This document shows, piece after piece, positions 1 through 7,693 of a DNA stretch of 14,972 bases. Where the stretch lies: UHGV virus genome UHGV-1739818. The stretch is one strand, 5' to 3'. Positions within the stretch are counted from its first letter, which is position 1, and the number at the start of each line of letters is the position of its first letter. The translations under genes were made by a program, and so were the position numbers. The stretch comes from a virus. Below the pieces are notes generated by a model that saw only the letters and a program-made list of their open reading frames with translations, did not search any database and was not told where the DNA came from.

Positions 1-1
1 T

Positions 2-667
2 GAAGCTGCTAAGAACGATATGGACCCGAAATCGTTCGCTCAGGAGTACCTGGCCAGCTTTGAAAATATGTCCGGGCGCGTTTACTACCCGTTCGATCGT
101 AACGTGCATGTAAAACCGCTTCAGTTCAACCCTCGGTTGCCTATATGGGTAGGGCAGGACTTCAACATTGACCCGATGTCTTCAGTAATTTTGCAACCTC
201 AGCCAAATGGTGAGCTATGGGCAATTGATGAATTGGTGCTCTTTTCCTCTAACACGGCAGAGGTTTGTGATGAGCTTGAGAGACGCTTCTGGCGCTGGAA
301 ATCACAGATAACGGTATTTCCAGATCCGGCAGGTGCTTATCGCCAACATGCTCGCGGGGAGTCTGACGTCGACATATTCAAAGAGAAGGGATTCTTACGT
401 GTCGATTATTCGAAAAAGCACCCGCCAATTGCGGATCGTGTTAATGCTGTTAACCGAATGCTGATGACCGCATCTGGAGATATCCGGCTGTATATCGATC
501 CGAAGTGCAAGCATTTGATTGATTCACTGGAAAAAGTCATCTACAAGCCTGGAACACGAGATATGGATAAGACAGGTGGCATTGAGCATAGTGCAGACGC
601 ATTGGGCTATCCAGTACATCGTAGGTATCCAGTCAAAAACCGTGTTATTCTTGGTGGTTCTCGATAG
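2..667 (+). CDS. Terminase large subunit, C-terminal (nuclease-domain) portion; 5' end lies upstream of the window
   Basis: Frame is open from base 2 with no in-frame stop before the ATG at 20; stop TAG at 665-667. Acidic-residue pattern (WVGQDFNIDP, VFPDPAG, DIRLYIDP) resembles the RNaseH-like terminase nuclease domain. Sits immediately upstream of the portal gene. Confidence 0.7.
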   Translation, partial: EAAKNDMDPKSFAQEYLASFENMSGRVYYPFDRNVHVKPLQFNPRLPIWVGQDFNIDPMSSVILQPQPNGELWAIDELVLFSSNTAEVCDELERRFWRWKSQITVFPDPAGAYRQHARGESDVDIFKEKGFLRVDYSKKHPPIADRVNAVNRMLMTASGDIRLYIDPKCKHLIDSLEKVIYKPGTRDMDKTGGIEHSADALGYPVHRRYPVKNRVILGGSR

Positions 668-693
668 GTAAGTAATTATCTAAGGTTATTCAA

Positions 694-2268
694 ATGGAAT
701 TGAACGACAAACAAATTAAGGATCTGGTGGCGCGACGCCACCCGGAATACGAAAAGAAAAAAGAACATTGGGACTTCCTCGCCAGCACTTACGCTGGCGG
801 GCGTGGTTGGTTTACAGACAATATCTTTCGTTACTTTAAAGAGGGAGATCAGGAGTTTAAGGAGCGAGTTGAACGTGCTTATCGCTTCAACCACACTCGT
901 GAGGTGGTAAACCTCATCAACAAATATCTCTTTAAAGAAGACATTCATAGAAATATCGAAGAGGCACCAGAGCAGATCCGCAATTTCTGGAAACGTGCGA
1001 CTCGCCAGAATGCCTCTATTGACTCATTTATGGCCGCTATTGATTTGCAGTCGTCTATTTACGGTCGCATATGGGTTGTTGTCGATAGCACGATGAGTGG
1101 TGATGTTGAGTCAGTAGCTGACGAGAAAAAGAAAGATGCTCGCGCCTACGCCTACTGGATTTCACCTCAGCAAATGCTGGATGTGGCATGGGACGACGAC
1201 GGGAATATGTTGTGGGCGTTAATTGTGGAAGTCGCTCGTGATGACGCAGATCCTTTTACTTCTACAGGTCAGGAATACCAACGTTATCGTCTGTGGACAC
1301 AAAACGAGTGGTATCTGTTCCGTGAGGAAGTGAAGAAGGGCGCTGGTGGAGCAGGTCGCCGTCAGGCAAAAGTTATTTTAGAGGATAGCGGTGAGCATAA
1401 TCTCGGCGTAGTTCCTGTGTTTCCTGTTGATTGTATTGGAGAAAGTGAATCACCGTATTTCAGCCCATCGTTGATCGATGATATCGCTTATCTTGATCGT
1501 GCGGTTGCAAACTATCTGTCAAACCTTGATGCCATTATTCAGGATCAGACATTTAGCCAGTTGGCTATACCGGTACAGTCGCTTTTACCTGGTGATGAAA
1601 ACCACACTAAAGTGCTTGAAATGGGCACAAAGCGAGTCTTCACCTACGATTCTGAAGGTGGAAACCAGCCGTTTTATCTGTCACCAGACCCGAAACAAGC
1701 TCAGATGATCATCACTACGATTAAGACGGTGATTAACGAAATCTACCATTCAGTTGGTGTAGCTGGTGAGCGAACGAAGCAGGACAACGCACAGGGAATC
1801 GATAATTCATCTGGTGCCGCAAAAATGTATGACTTCCAGCGTGTAAATAGCTTGCTTGTCACAAAAGCAGAGCGTCTGGAAAGGGCTGAACGCCAAATCA
1901 TGCTACTGGTTGCGAAATGGATGGGGGTAGATCTGGACGAAGACCACTCTTTAATTGCATATCCAGAAAGTTTCGATATTCGTGGCCTTACTGATGAATT
2001 TTCTGTTGCCGAGAAACTGTCATTACTTCAGGCACCGGACTCTGTACGTCGTCACCAGATGGAAATGCTTATTGAGAAGATTTTCCCGAACATTACTGAG
2101 GCGATGAAAAAGGAATTTGATAAAGATCTCTTGAATTTTCCTCCAAAAAATGATCTAAATACCCTTGAAAATAAGTCGGTACTTACTTATGATCGTGGTG
2201 CAGCCCAAGAAAGCGGGCAAGATCAACCCCGAGGGAATGGGGACTCATCTACTCAAGAGAACGAGTGA
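694..2268 (+). CDS. Portal protein
   Basis: 524-aa ORF directly after the terminase gene with AAGG 8 nt upstream of the ATG; size and position are typical of portals, and the C-terminal tail is acidic. Family not verified. Confidence 0.65.
   Translation: MELNDKQIKDLVARRHPEYEKKKEHWDFLASTYAGGRGWFTDNIFRYFKEGDQEFKERVERAYRFNHTREVVNLINKYLFKEDIHRNIEEAPEQIRNFWKRATRQNASIDSFMAAIDLQSSIYGRIWVVVDSTMSGDVESVADEKKKDARAYAYWISPQQMLDVAWDDDGNMLWALIVEVARDDADPFTSTGQEYQRYRLWTQNEWYLFREEVKKGAGGAGRRQAKVILEDSGEHNLGVVPVFPVDCIGESESPYFSPSLIDDIAYLDRAVANYLSNLDAIIQDQTFSQLAIPVQSLLPGDENHTKVLEMGTKRVFTYDSEGGNQPFYLSPDPKQAQMIITTIKTVINEIYHSVGVAGERTKQDNAQGIDNSSGAAKMYDFQRVNSLLVTKAERLERAERQIMLLVAKWMGVDLDEDHSLIAYPESFDIRGLTDEFSVAEKLSLLQAPDSVRRHQMEMLIEKIFPNITEAMKKEFDKDLLNFPPKNDLNTLENKSVLTYDRGAAQESGQDQPRGNGDSSTQENE
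2172..2185. repeat. Gapped dyad TAAGT-cggt-ACTTA embedded in the 3' end of the portal coding sequence
   Basis: Read directly from the sequence; same gapped dyad as at 7629-7642. Lies about 105 nt upstream of the scaffold start codon. Confidence 0.5.
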
Positions 2269-2289
2269 TAAGTAACAAAAGGAATTTTT

Positions 2290-3177
2290 ATGAATCTGTG
2301 GCAAATGCTTTTGGCCCGTCGTGGTCTGATGGATGTCGCTGAAGCGCATGAGCGTGGAGGCGCTGGCGGTGTAGCTGCTGATAATGAGCAGAGTACACAA
2401 GATCCTGACAAACAGGGTGAACAAAAAGAGCAGCCGAAGGGCGATGACGAATACGCTGGCATGACTCAGGAAGAGTTACTGGCCGAACTTCGTAAAACCA
2501 AGAAAGCTGGTGCTGAACTGCTGAAGGAGAACATGAAGCGCAAAGAGAAAGAGCGCACATTGGCCGATCAGCTTGCTCAGTACGGTGATATCGATCCGGC
2601 TCGTGCTCGCCAGCTTTTAGAAGCTGAACAGGCCGCAGAAAACGCACGTCGTGAGGCGGAGCAAGCTGAACTGGAGCGTCGTGGTGAGTTCGATGCTGTT
2701 AAAAAACAGATGATCGAAGCACACCAGGCAGAGCTGGCACAGCGTGACGAACGTTATGCAGCACTGGAAAGTGAAAACGCATCACTGAAATCTCAATTAG
2801 TCGAGATGACCGTGGGCGCTTCGTTCAGTAACTCTCTCTTCCTACGTGACAAAGTTCTGATGACCCCGGCAAAAGCCCGCGTGATCTACGGTTCTCATTT
2901 TGAAGTGGGTGAAGACGGTAGCGTAGTGGGTTATGACAAACCGGCAGGTCACAAAGAACGAGCTGTTCTGGTTGACGGTGAAGGTAAGCCGTTGCCGTTT
3001 GAATCCGCGATTGAACGCATTGTGCGGGCAGATCCGGAAGCTGACGCATTGATGCGTAGCGAAGCCAAGCAGGGTGTAGGCTCACATTCCAAATCGACCT
3101 ACACAATATCCCAACCGAAGAACAAGTCGACTATGGATAAGTTGGCCTCCGGTCTGGGGAAAATTGGACTTAAGTAA
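2290..3177 (+). CDS. Head scaffolding protein (putative)
   Basis: 295-aa ORF between portal and major capsid genes; highly charged, Ala/Glu/Arg/Gln-rich central segment predicted to be coiled coil (…AEQAAENARREAEQAELERRGEF…); SD AAAAGGA 6 nt upstream of the ATG. No protease motifs seen. Confidence 0.55.
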   Translation: MNLWQMLLARRGLMDVAEAHERGGAGGVAADNEQSTQDPDKQGEQKEQPKGDDEYAGMTQEELLAELRKTKKAGAELLKENMKRKEKERTLADQLAQYGDIDPARARQLLEAEQAAENARREAEQAELERRGEFDAVKKQMIEAHQAELAQRDERYAALESENASLKSQLVEMTVGASFSNSLFLRDKVLMTPAKARVIYGSHFEVGEDGSVVGYDKPAGHKERAVLVDGEGKPLPFESAIERIVRADPEADALMRSEAKQGVGSHSKSTYTISQPKNKSTMDKLASGLGKIGLK

Positions 3178-3202
3178 CATCTAAATCAAAGGGAATTGAT
3201 AG

Positions 3203-4078
3203 ATGCCATTACTGCGTGAAGAAGCTGAAAAGCTGTCTAACAACGAACTTGAACAGGGTGTGATCGAAACTATCATCGATCGCGATGACCTGTTTGCCAT
3301 CCTGCCTTTTATGAAAATTAATTCAAAGGCATATCTGTACAACCGTGAAAAAACGCTGAGTGAAGCTACCTTCATCGACGTTAACGACACCATCCCTGAA
3401 GGTGCAGCAACCTTCGAAGAATGCGTTGCGAAACTGCGTATTCTGGCTGGTGACGTAGACGTTGATAAATTCCTGGCGACCACTATGGCCGACACCAACA
3501 ACCAGTTGGCTATTCAGGTTCGTCAGAAAGTTAAAGGTCTGGCTCGTGCGTTCCGTCGCAACCTGATTTTGGGTGACTCCAGCTCCAACAACAAGGCGTT
3601 TGACGGCATTCCACGCCTGATGCACGCAGATCAGAAGATCGATATCGCCGGTGCATCTATGACTTTCTCTATGTTCGACGAACTGGTCGATGCGGTGAAA
3701 GATCTTGGTGCTGACTGCATCATGATGCGTTCAGAGCACCTGCGTGCTTACCGTGCGCTGCTGCGTACAGTAAACGTAGGTCCGTCTGAAATCATGATGG
3801 AGAACTTCGGTCGTCCGATGCTGTGTCATAACGGCGTTCCGTTCATCATCAACGACTTCATCCCGACCGATGCTGGCAAAGCAAGCATCTACTGCCTGCA
3901 TCTGTCAGAAGAGAACGGCGTTACTGGTCTGTATGGCGGCGACAACGCAGGTATCGTTGTTGAAAACATTGGTACTGTACAGAACAAAGACGCAGTACGT
4001 ACCCGTGTGAAGTGGTACTGCTCTCTGGCGAATAAGCACGATAAGGCTATCGCTGCACTGACCAATGTAAAAATTTAA
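3203..4078 (+). CDS. Major capsid protein (putative HK97-fold, no delta domain)
   Basis: 291-aa ORF after the scaffold gene with SD AAAGGGAA; strongly biased codon usage suggesting high expression; followed by an intrinsic terminator. Length fits a capsid protein that relies on a separate scaffold. Confidence 0.7.
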   Translation: MPLLREEAEKLSNNELEQGVIETIIDRDDLFAILPFMKINSKAYLYNREKTLSEATFIDVNDTIPEGAATFEECVAKLRILAGDVDVDKFLATTMADTNNQLAIQVRQKVKGLARAFRRNLILGDSSSNNKAFDGIPRLMHADQKIDIAGASMTFSMFDELVDAVKDLGADCIMMRSEHLRAYRALLRTVNVGPSEIMMENFGRPMLCHNGVPFIINDFIPTDAGKASIYCLHLSEENGVTGLYGGDNAGIVVENIGTVQNKDAVRTRVKWYCSLANKHDKAIAALTNVKI

Positions 4079-4087
4079 TCAGTGTGG

Positions 4088-4105
4088 TAGATAGGTAGTT
4101 ATCTA
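4088..4105. repeat. Inverted repeat TAGATA-N6-TATCTA between capsid stop and terminator
   Basis: tagata (4088-4093) is the reverse complement of tatcta (4100-4105). A related TTATCTA element occurs at 676-682 in the terminase-portal junction. Confidence 0.35.
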
Positions 4106-4114
4106 TGTTAAAGG

Positions 4115-4138
4115 GTGGGCTATACGCCCACTTTTTTT
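4115..4138 (+). terminator. Rho-independent terminator downstream of the major capsid gene
   Basis: GTGGGC (4115-4120), loop TATAC, GCCCAC (4126-4131), followed by T7 (4132-4138). Confidence 0.7.
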
Positions 4139-4151
4139 GGAGGAGCGAGAA

Positions 4152-5072
4152 ATGCCAGAACAAAAGATGAAGATTACGGAAGAGACATTTTCGGATTTTA
4201 CGGGGCATATGTGCCGTGCCGGATTTACCAATTCTATCTCCGATGAACCTTTAACCGAGCGGCAACAAAGTCAGCTATCTGCTTGTTTGCAGGCGGTTCC
4301 CCTCTCCCAATCCGTAAACATAACCCCGGCTTCACCGTCAGTTTTGGTTGGGAAAACTGTTCAACTTAGTGCAGGTATTAGTATGGGTAAGAGTGCCAGT
4401 TCATTCACCTGGAAGTCAGCCAATGACCAAATTGCAACCGTTAACGGCACTGGATTAGTAACTGGCGTAGCACCAGGCAAAGTAAAAATTACTGCAACTG
4501 ATCAGGAAACCCAGCTTTCCGCTTCAGTGGAAGTCACCGTAAATCCGGTAGCCGTTCAATCCGTAACGGTAACGCCAGAATCAACGTCTGTTGAGAAAGG
4601 GAAATCAGTCAGTCTGAAAGCGAATGTTCAGCCGTCAAATGCGACGAATAAGGCTGTTGCCTGGTCTTCCAAAAATGAAGATAAGGCAACGGTAGACCAG
4701 AGCGGGAACGTTACTGGTGTAGAAGTTGGCACTGCGACGATTGAGATCGTTTCCCAAGATGGCAGCAAAAAGGGAACTGCAACGGTGGAAGTAACTGCGC
4801 CTGTTGTGGCTGTTACCGGCGTCGAAATCGACCCAAATAGCACAACCGTTGAGGCAAACAAAACTGTTCAGCTGACCGCAAATGTCGAGCCGGCAGGAGC
4901 AACAAATAAAACCGTTACTTGGGAATCCAAAAATACCGAATTTGCAACGGTGGATAGCGAAACCGGTGTTGTAACTGGCGTTGCGGCTGGTACTGCCACA
5001 ATCGAGGTTACTACCCAAGATGGTAGCCACAAAGCGACAGCGACCGTAGAAGTCACTGCTGCACAGGAATAA
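4152..5072 (+). CDS. Protein with at least three tandem Big_2 (bacterial Ig-like) domains; candidate capsid decoration or virion surface protein
   Basis: ATG at 4152 with GGAGGAG 7 nt upstream (the track start at 4137 is a TTG lying in the terminator T-tract). Repeated segments of type …TATVDQSGNVTGVEVGTATIEIVSQDGSKKGTATVEVTA… are characteristic of Big_2 domains. Confidence 0.7.
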   Translation: MPEQKMKITEETFSDFTGHMCRAGFTNSISDEPLTERQQSQLSACLQAVPLSQSVNITPASPSVLVGKTVQLSAGISMGKSASSFTWKSANDQIATVNGTGLVTGVAPGKVKITATDQETQLSASVEVTVNPVAVQSVTVTPESTSVEKGKSVSLKANVQPSNATNKAVAWSSKNEDKATVDQSGNVTGVEVGTATIEIVSQDGSKKGTATVEVTAPVVAVTGVEIDPNSTTVEANKTVQLTANVEPAGATNKTVTWESKNTEFATVDSETGVVTGVAAGTATIEVTTQDGSHKATATVEVTAAQE

Positions 5073-5080
5073 TCAATATT

Positions 5081-5098
5081 GGGCGGCGAAAGCCGCCC
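5081..5098 (+). other. Stable GNRA-tetraloop hairpin without a U-tract
   Basis: GGGCGGC-GAAA-GCCGCCC, a perfect 7-bp GC stem, 9 nt after the Big_2 gene stop. Followed by ATGTAGAG rather than a T-run, so not a canonical terminator. Confidence 0.4.
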
Positions 5099-5116
5099 AT
5101 GTAGAGAGAATGCGTT

Positions 5117-5551
5117 ATGAAACCAGCAAAAATTGTTTTATTAGAACCGCAATTTTCCGGTTATTCGGGAATGTTGTGCGGCGTTCAGTTCGAGAACGGG
5201 GTGTCCGTAGCGGAGTTGCCTTTTATCGATCAGCAAAGGATTTGTGCCTCAATGCGAGCATCAACAGTCGAGGGCAAAAATGTTTCTCCGTCTGCCGCAT
5301 ACAGTGATCGTGGCGAGTTGACCGCAGACCTGATTACCGAGCCAGCAGCACCTGACATTGTGCCAATGAAACGTGGGACACCAGATGAACCGGCCAAACA
5401 GATCCAGACTTTCACACGAGAAGAGTTGGAGTCAATTGCAGACAATGAAGGCATTGCCGGTCTACGTGTGATTGGTAATCAGGTTGGTGTCAAAGCGAAA
5501 GGAATTGTCGAGATGATTGAAGGCATCCTGAAAGCACAAGGCGGTGAGTAA
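5117..5551 (+). CDS. Hypothetical protein (144 aa)
   Basis: ORF whose stop overlaps the next start (TAATG at 5549-5553), indicating translational coupling; purine-rich stretch upstream. C-terminal 40 aa loosely resemble a helix-extended-helix motif (low confidence). Confidence 0.5.
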   Translation: MKPAKIVLLEPQFSGYSGMLCGVQFENGVSVAELPFIDQQRICASMRASTVEGKNVSPSAAYSDRGELTADLITEPAAPDIVPMKRGTPDEPAKQIQTFTREELESIADNEGIAGLRVIGNQVGVKAKGIVEMIEGILKAQGGE

Positions 5552-6384
5552 TGGCGCAGATCGACTCGTATCGTAGCGGTGAAGCTGTTTCCCTTTCATT
5601 TGCCTTCAACGTGCTGGATATCGAATCTGCTACCTACACAGTAAAGGACAGCACCGGGGCTATTCTCGTTGATGGCGAGCCGCTAGAAATTACCAGCGGT
5701 CAAATGTCGATTCCGGTTGTCGTGTCGGCTGAATATAACCAGCTCTCTGAGAAAGAACGCGATCTGCGGTACGTCATTGTGAAGGCTGTTGCATCGGGTC
5801 TGACGCATGAAGAGCGGCAAATGTATGTTCTGCTGAATAGTTTTGAACTGTCGATACCAGAACAGTCGTTTGCAACTGTCGCTGATGCTCAAATGCAGGC
5901 GATCGATATGCTGAATGGGGACACTTTGCTGTCGGATGGTGAAGGCTTAATGCGCAAGCGTCTCATTGAGGCTACCAGACGAATTAAAACTTTACCGTTC
6001 TCAATCCGCAAAATTCTACGTATCGACTTTGACCGATACGATCGCCCTCAAAATATGCTGAATGTGTATGACATTCCGTGGGGAGCAGATGGAGCGTACC
6101 GGCATGATTTAGTCGATTGGGAAAAGATGACGCAGGAGAAGTTTGAAGAGTTCCCTGACTACTTCAAAGAAGCGTTGATGCTTGCCGTTGTCAACGAAGC
6201 GTGTGAGATCGCAAATGGCAATGATGTTGCCGCAGCACGAGAGGATGGCATTTTGTCAGAATCCATCGGTGAAACAACCAACATGTACCGTACCGGTAAA
6301 GCTGCAAACGTGCATGTGGCTCGTAGTACCTGGCGCTTGCTGGTCAGTTACATCAACAACCGTATGATTGTTCGCCGTGCGTAA
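5551..6384 (+). CDS. Hypothetical structural protein (277 aa); head-completion or connector candidate by position
   Basis: Translationally coupled to the upstream ORF; lies between the capsid module and the adaptor/neck genes. No family recognised by eye. Confidence 0.55.
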   Translation: MAQIDSYRSGEAVSLSFAFNVLDIESATYTVKDSTGAILVDGEPLEITSGQMSIPVVVSAEYNQLSEKERDLRYVIVKAVASGLTHEERQMYVLLNSFELSIPEQSFATVADAQMQAIDMLNGDTLLSDGEGLMRKRLIEATRRIKTLPFSIRKILRIDFDRYDRPQNMLNVYDIPWGADGAYRHDLVDWEKMTQEKFEEFPDYFKEALMLAVVNEACEIANGNDVAAAREDGILSESIGETTNMYRTGKAANVHVARSTWRLLVSYINNRMIVRRA

Positions 6385-6463
6385 CGCCAGTCGCATTATT
6401 TACTTTTGGTCGAAAGGGTTTTTGGCCAGTAATGAGAGCGACCGACAACAACAGAGAGAGAGC

Positions 6464-6770
6464 ATGAATATTTCGTGGCAAACAGAAATTGCGATCTACC
6501 GCTTTGGCGCAAAGAACGTTTACGGCGAGGCGCAATTACAATTCGTCAGGAAGACGAATGTCGGCGTGGTTAAGTTCGAACAGAGTAATGAGAAATCGTC
6601 AGTTCGTGCTGATAGATGCTGTGTTAGTTGTCCCTTTAGAAGCGGCTGTACAACTTGATGATGTGCTGATCCTTGAAGGTCAAAAATTAAAGGTGTCCAG
6701 TGTTCATCGCCGTTGGGGGCTACGAGGAAGACCTGGGCATCTTGAAGTGGGGGCGAATATATGGGTCTGA
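6464..6770 (+). CDS. Head-tail adaptor (head closure) protein, apparently interrupted by a +1 frame change near 6596-6602
   Basis: Frame 2 from ATG 6464 gives MNISWQTEIAIYRFGAKNVYGEAQLQFVRKTNVGVVKFEQSNEKS and then implausible Cys-rich text to the stop at 6658. Frame 0 is implausible upstream but protein-like from about 6600 (QFVLIDAVLVVPLEAAVQLDDVLILEGQKLKVSSVHRRWGLRGRPGHLEVGANIWV) to the stop at 6770. The conceptual fusion is about 100 aa with features typical of small adaptor proteins. Confidence 0.45.
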
Positions 6771-7234
6771 AATACGATGCGCATCAGTTCAAACGTGCGG
6801 GGAATAGACTCAATAACAGCCAGAAAGCATTTAAGCGATATCTTATTCGGGACATGGAAAAGCTGGCGCGTTTGGTTGAGCGTCTCAGCCGTGCAATGGC
6901 CCCGCTGGAAACCGGATCTCTGGAGACAGCCATCTTTGCCAGGGTGATTAAAGAAGGTTATTCAGGGCTGCGCATTGAGCTTTCTGTGTCTGGAGCAAAA
7001 CCACGTCAGGGGCATCCGGGCGTAGAAGTCGGTGACTATGCTAAGTACATGGAGCTGGGTAAATACCGACTCGGTTATCTTTCTCGAATGAAGAACGTGA
7101 CAAACCCACCAATTGCCGGTGTTAAACCTCGTGTTGGGCCACACTTTCTGGAAAGAGCGGTGGAAATTAGCGAGAAGCAGTTCTCAGAAGCGATTCTTGA
7201 GGCTGCAAGAAAAGCCGGTTTTACGAGAGGTTAA
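6761..7234 (+). CDS. Neck/tail-completion protein, HK97 gp10-like (putative)
   Basis: 157-aa ORF with a G-rich SD; contains a YAKYMELG segment resembling the conserved YA.y.E.G of the HK97 gp10 family; in the lambda gpZ position. Confidence 0.55.
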   Translation: MGLKYDAHQFKRAGNRLNNSQKAFKRYLIRDMEKLARLVERLSRAMAPLETGSLETAIFARVIKEGYSGLRIELSVSGAKPRQGHPGVEVGDYAKYMELGKYRLGYLSRMKNVTNPPIAGVKPRVGPHFLERAVEISEKQFSEAILEAARKAGFTRG

Positions 7235-7235
7235 T

Positions 7236-7619
7236 GTGTTTATCGAAGCGTTTGCAAGTTTGATGCAGAAGGCAAAGATTGGCACGGTCGGGACTGACAT
7301 TTTCTGTCACTACTTGCCTGCCAATGTGAAATCTGGCGTCCTGCTTATTAACCCAAATACCGGTATCAGCATCGATCATGAGCTACAGGGCTTTTACCAC
7401 GAATCATTCACAATAATTGTGCGTGGTTCGTCAATTACTACGACGGTTGAGAAAGCCAATAAAATCATTGAGATGTTTCCAGTAGAGGAAACGGAATCTG
7501 GTGGTGTTTATTTTCGACTGGTACGACCGATGGCGATGCCAATCATTTATCCCAAAAATGATGGAGCATTAATAGAAGCAGGCATTCCTGTTGAATTTGC
7601 TGGCTATTTATTGAATTAA
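7236..7619 (+). CDS. Tail terminator / tail completion protein (putative, lambda gpU position)
   Basis: Start placed at GTG 7236, which overlaps the upstream stop (TAATGTG) and has GAGAGG 5 nt upstream. The track start at 7113 would overlap the previous gene by about 120 nt in another frame. Confidence 0.45.
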   Translation: MFIEAFASLMQKAKIGTVGTDIFCHYLPANVKSGVLLINPNTGISIDHELQGFYHESFTIIVRGSSITTTVEKANKIIEMFPVEETESGGVYFRLVRPMAMPIIYPKNDGALIEAGIPVEFAGYLLN

Positions 7620-7640
7620 GTCAATCGGTAAGTATATACT
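7611..7640 (+). promoter_or_regulatory. Candidate sigma70-like promoter upstream of the major tail gene
   Basis: TTGAAT (7611-7616), then TATATA (7633-7638, spacer 16) or TATACT (7635-7640, spacer 18). The -10 region lies inside the 16-bp palindrome. Confidence 0.3.
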
Positions 7641-7643
7641 TAC
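7628..7643. repeat. Perfect 16-bp palindrome GTAAGTATATACTTAC (TAAGT-N4-ACTTA core)
   Basis: Read directly; 50 nt upstream of the major tail start codon. Candidate operator for a dimeric DNA-binding protein. Confidence 0.6.
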
Positions 7644-7693
7644 TGTTAGCGCAATGAATGCGTAGAATTAACGGAAAAAGGAGTTTTCCATCA

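Noticed and set aside
1478-1708. Plus-strand 76-aa ORF inside the portal gene
   Set aside because: Alternative frame within the portal coding sequence; translation is implausible and there is no start signal.
5110-5307. 65-aa ORF starting 7 nt upstream of the 144-aa gene in another frame
   Set aside because: Implausible Arg/Cys-rich translation; the 5117 frame ends in a coupled TAATG overlap with the next gene, which supports that frame instead.
6182-6367. 61-aa internal plus-strand ORF
   Set aside because: Alternative frame within the 277-aa gene with no start signal.
6453-6462. (AG)5 dinucleotide run immediately before the adaptor start codon
   Set aside because: Short purine run that probably just serves as a weak ribosome-binding region; too short to call a repeat element.
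6368-6463. N-terminal extension of the adaptor frame-2 ORF from TTG 6368
   Set aside because: Non-ATG start inside the preceding gene's 3' end; the extra residues (…IIYFWSKGFLASNESDRQQQRES) are not protein-like. ATG 6464 is preferred.
7113-7235. Upstream extension of the tail terminator-like ORF
   Set aside because: Would overlap the preceding gene by about 120 nt in another frame; GTG 7236 with SD GAGAGG and a stop/start overlap is the better start.
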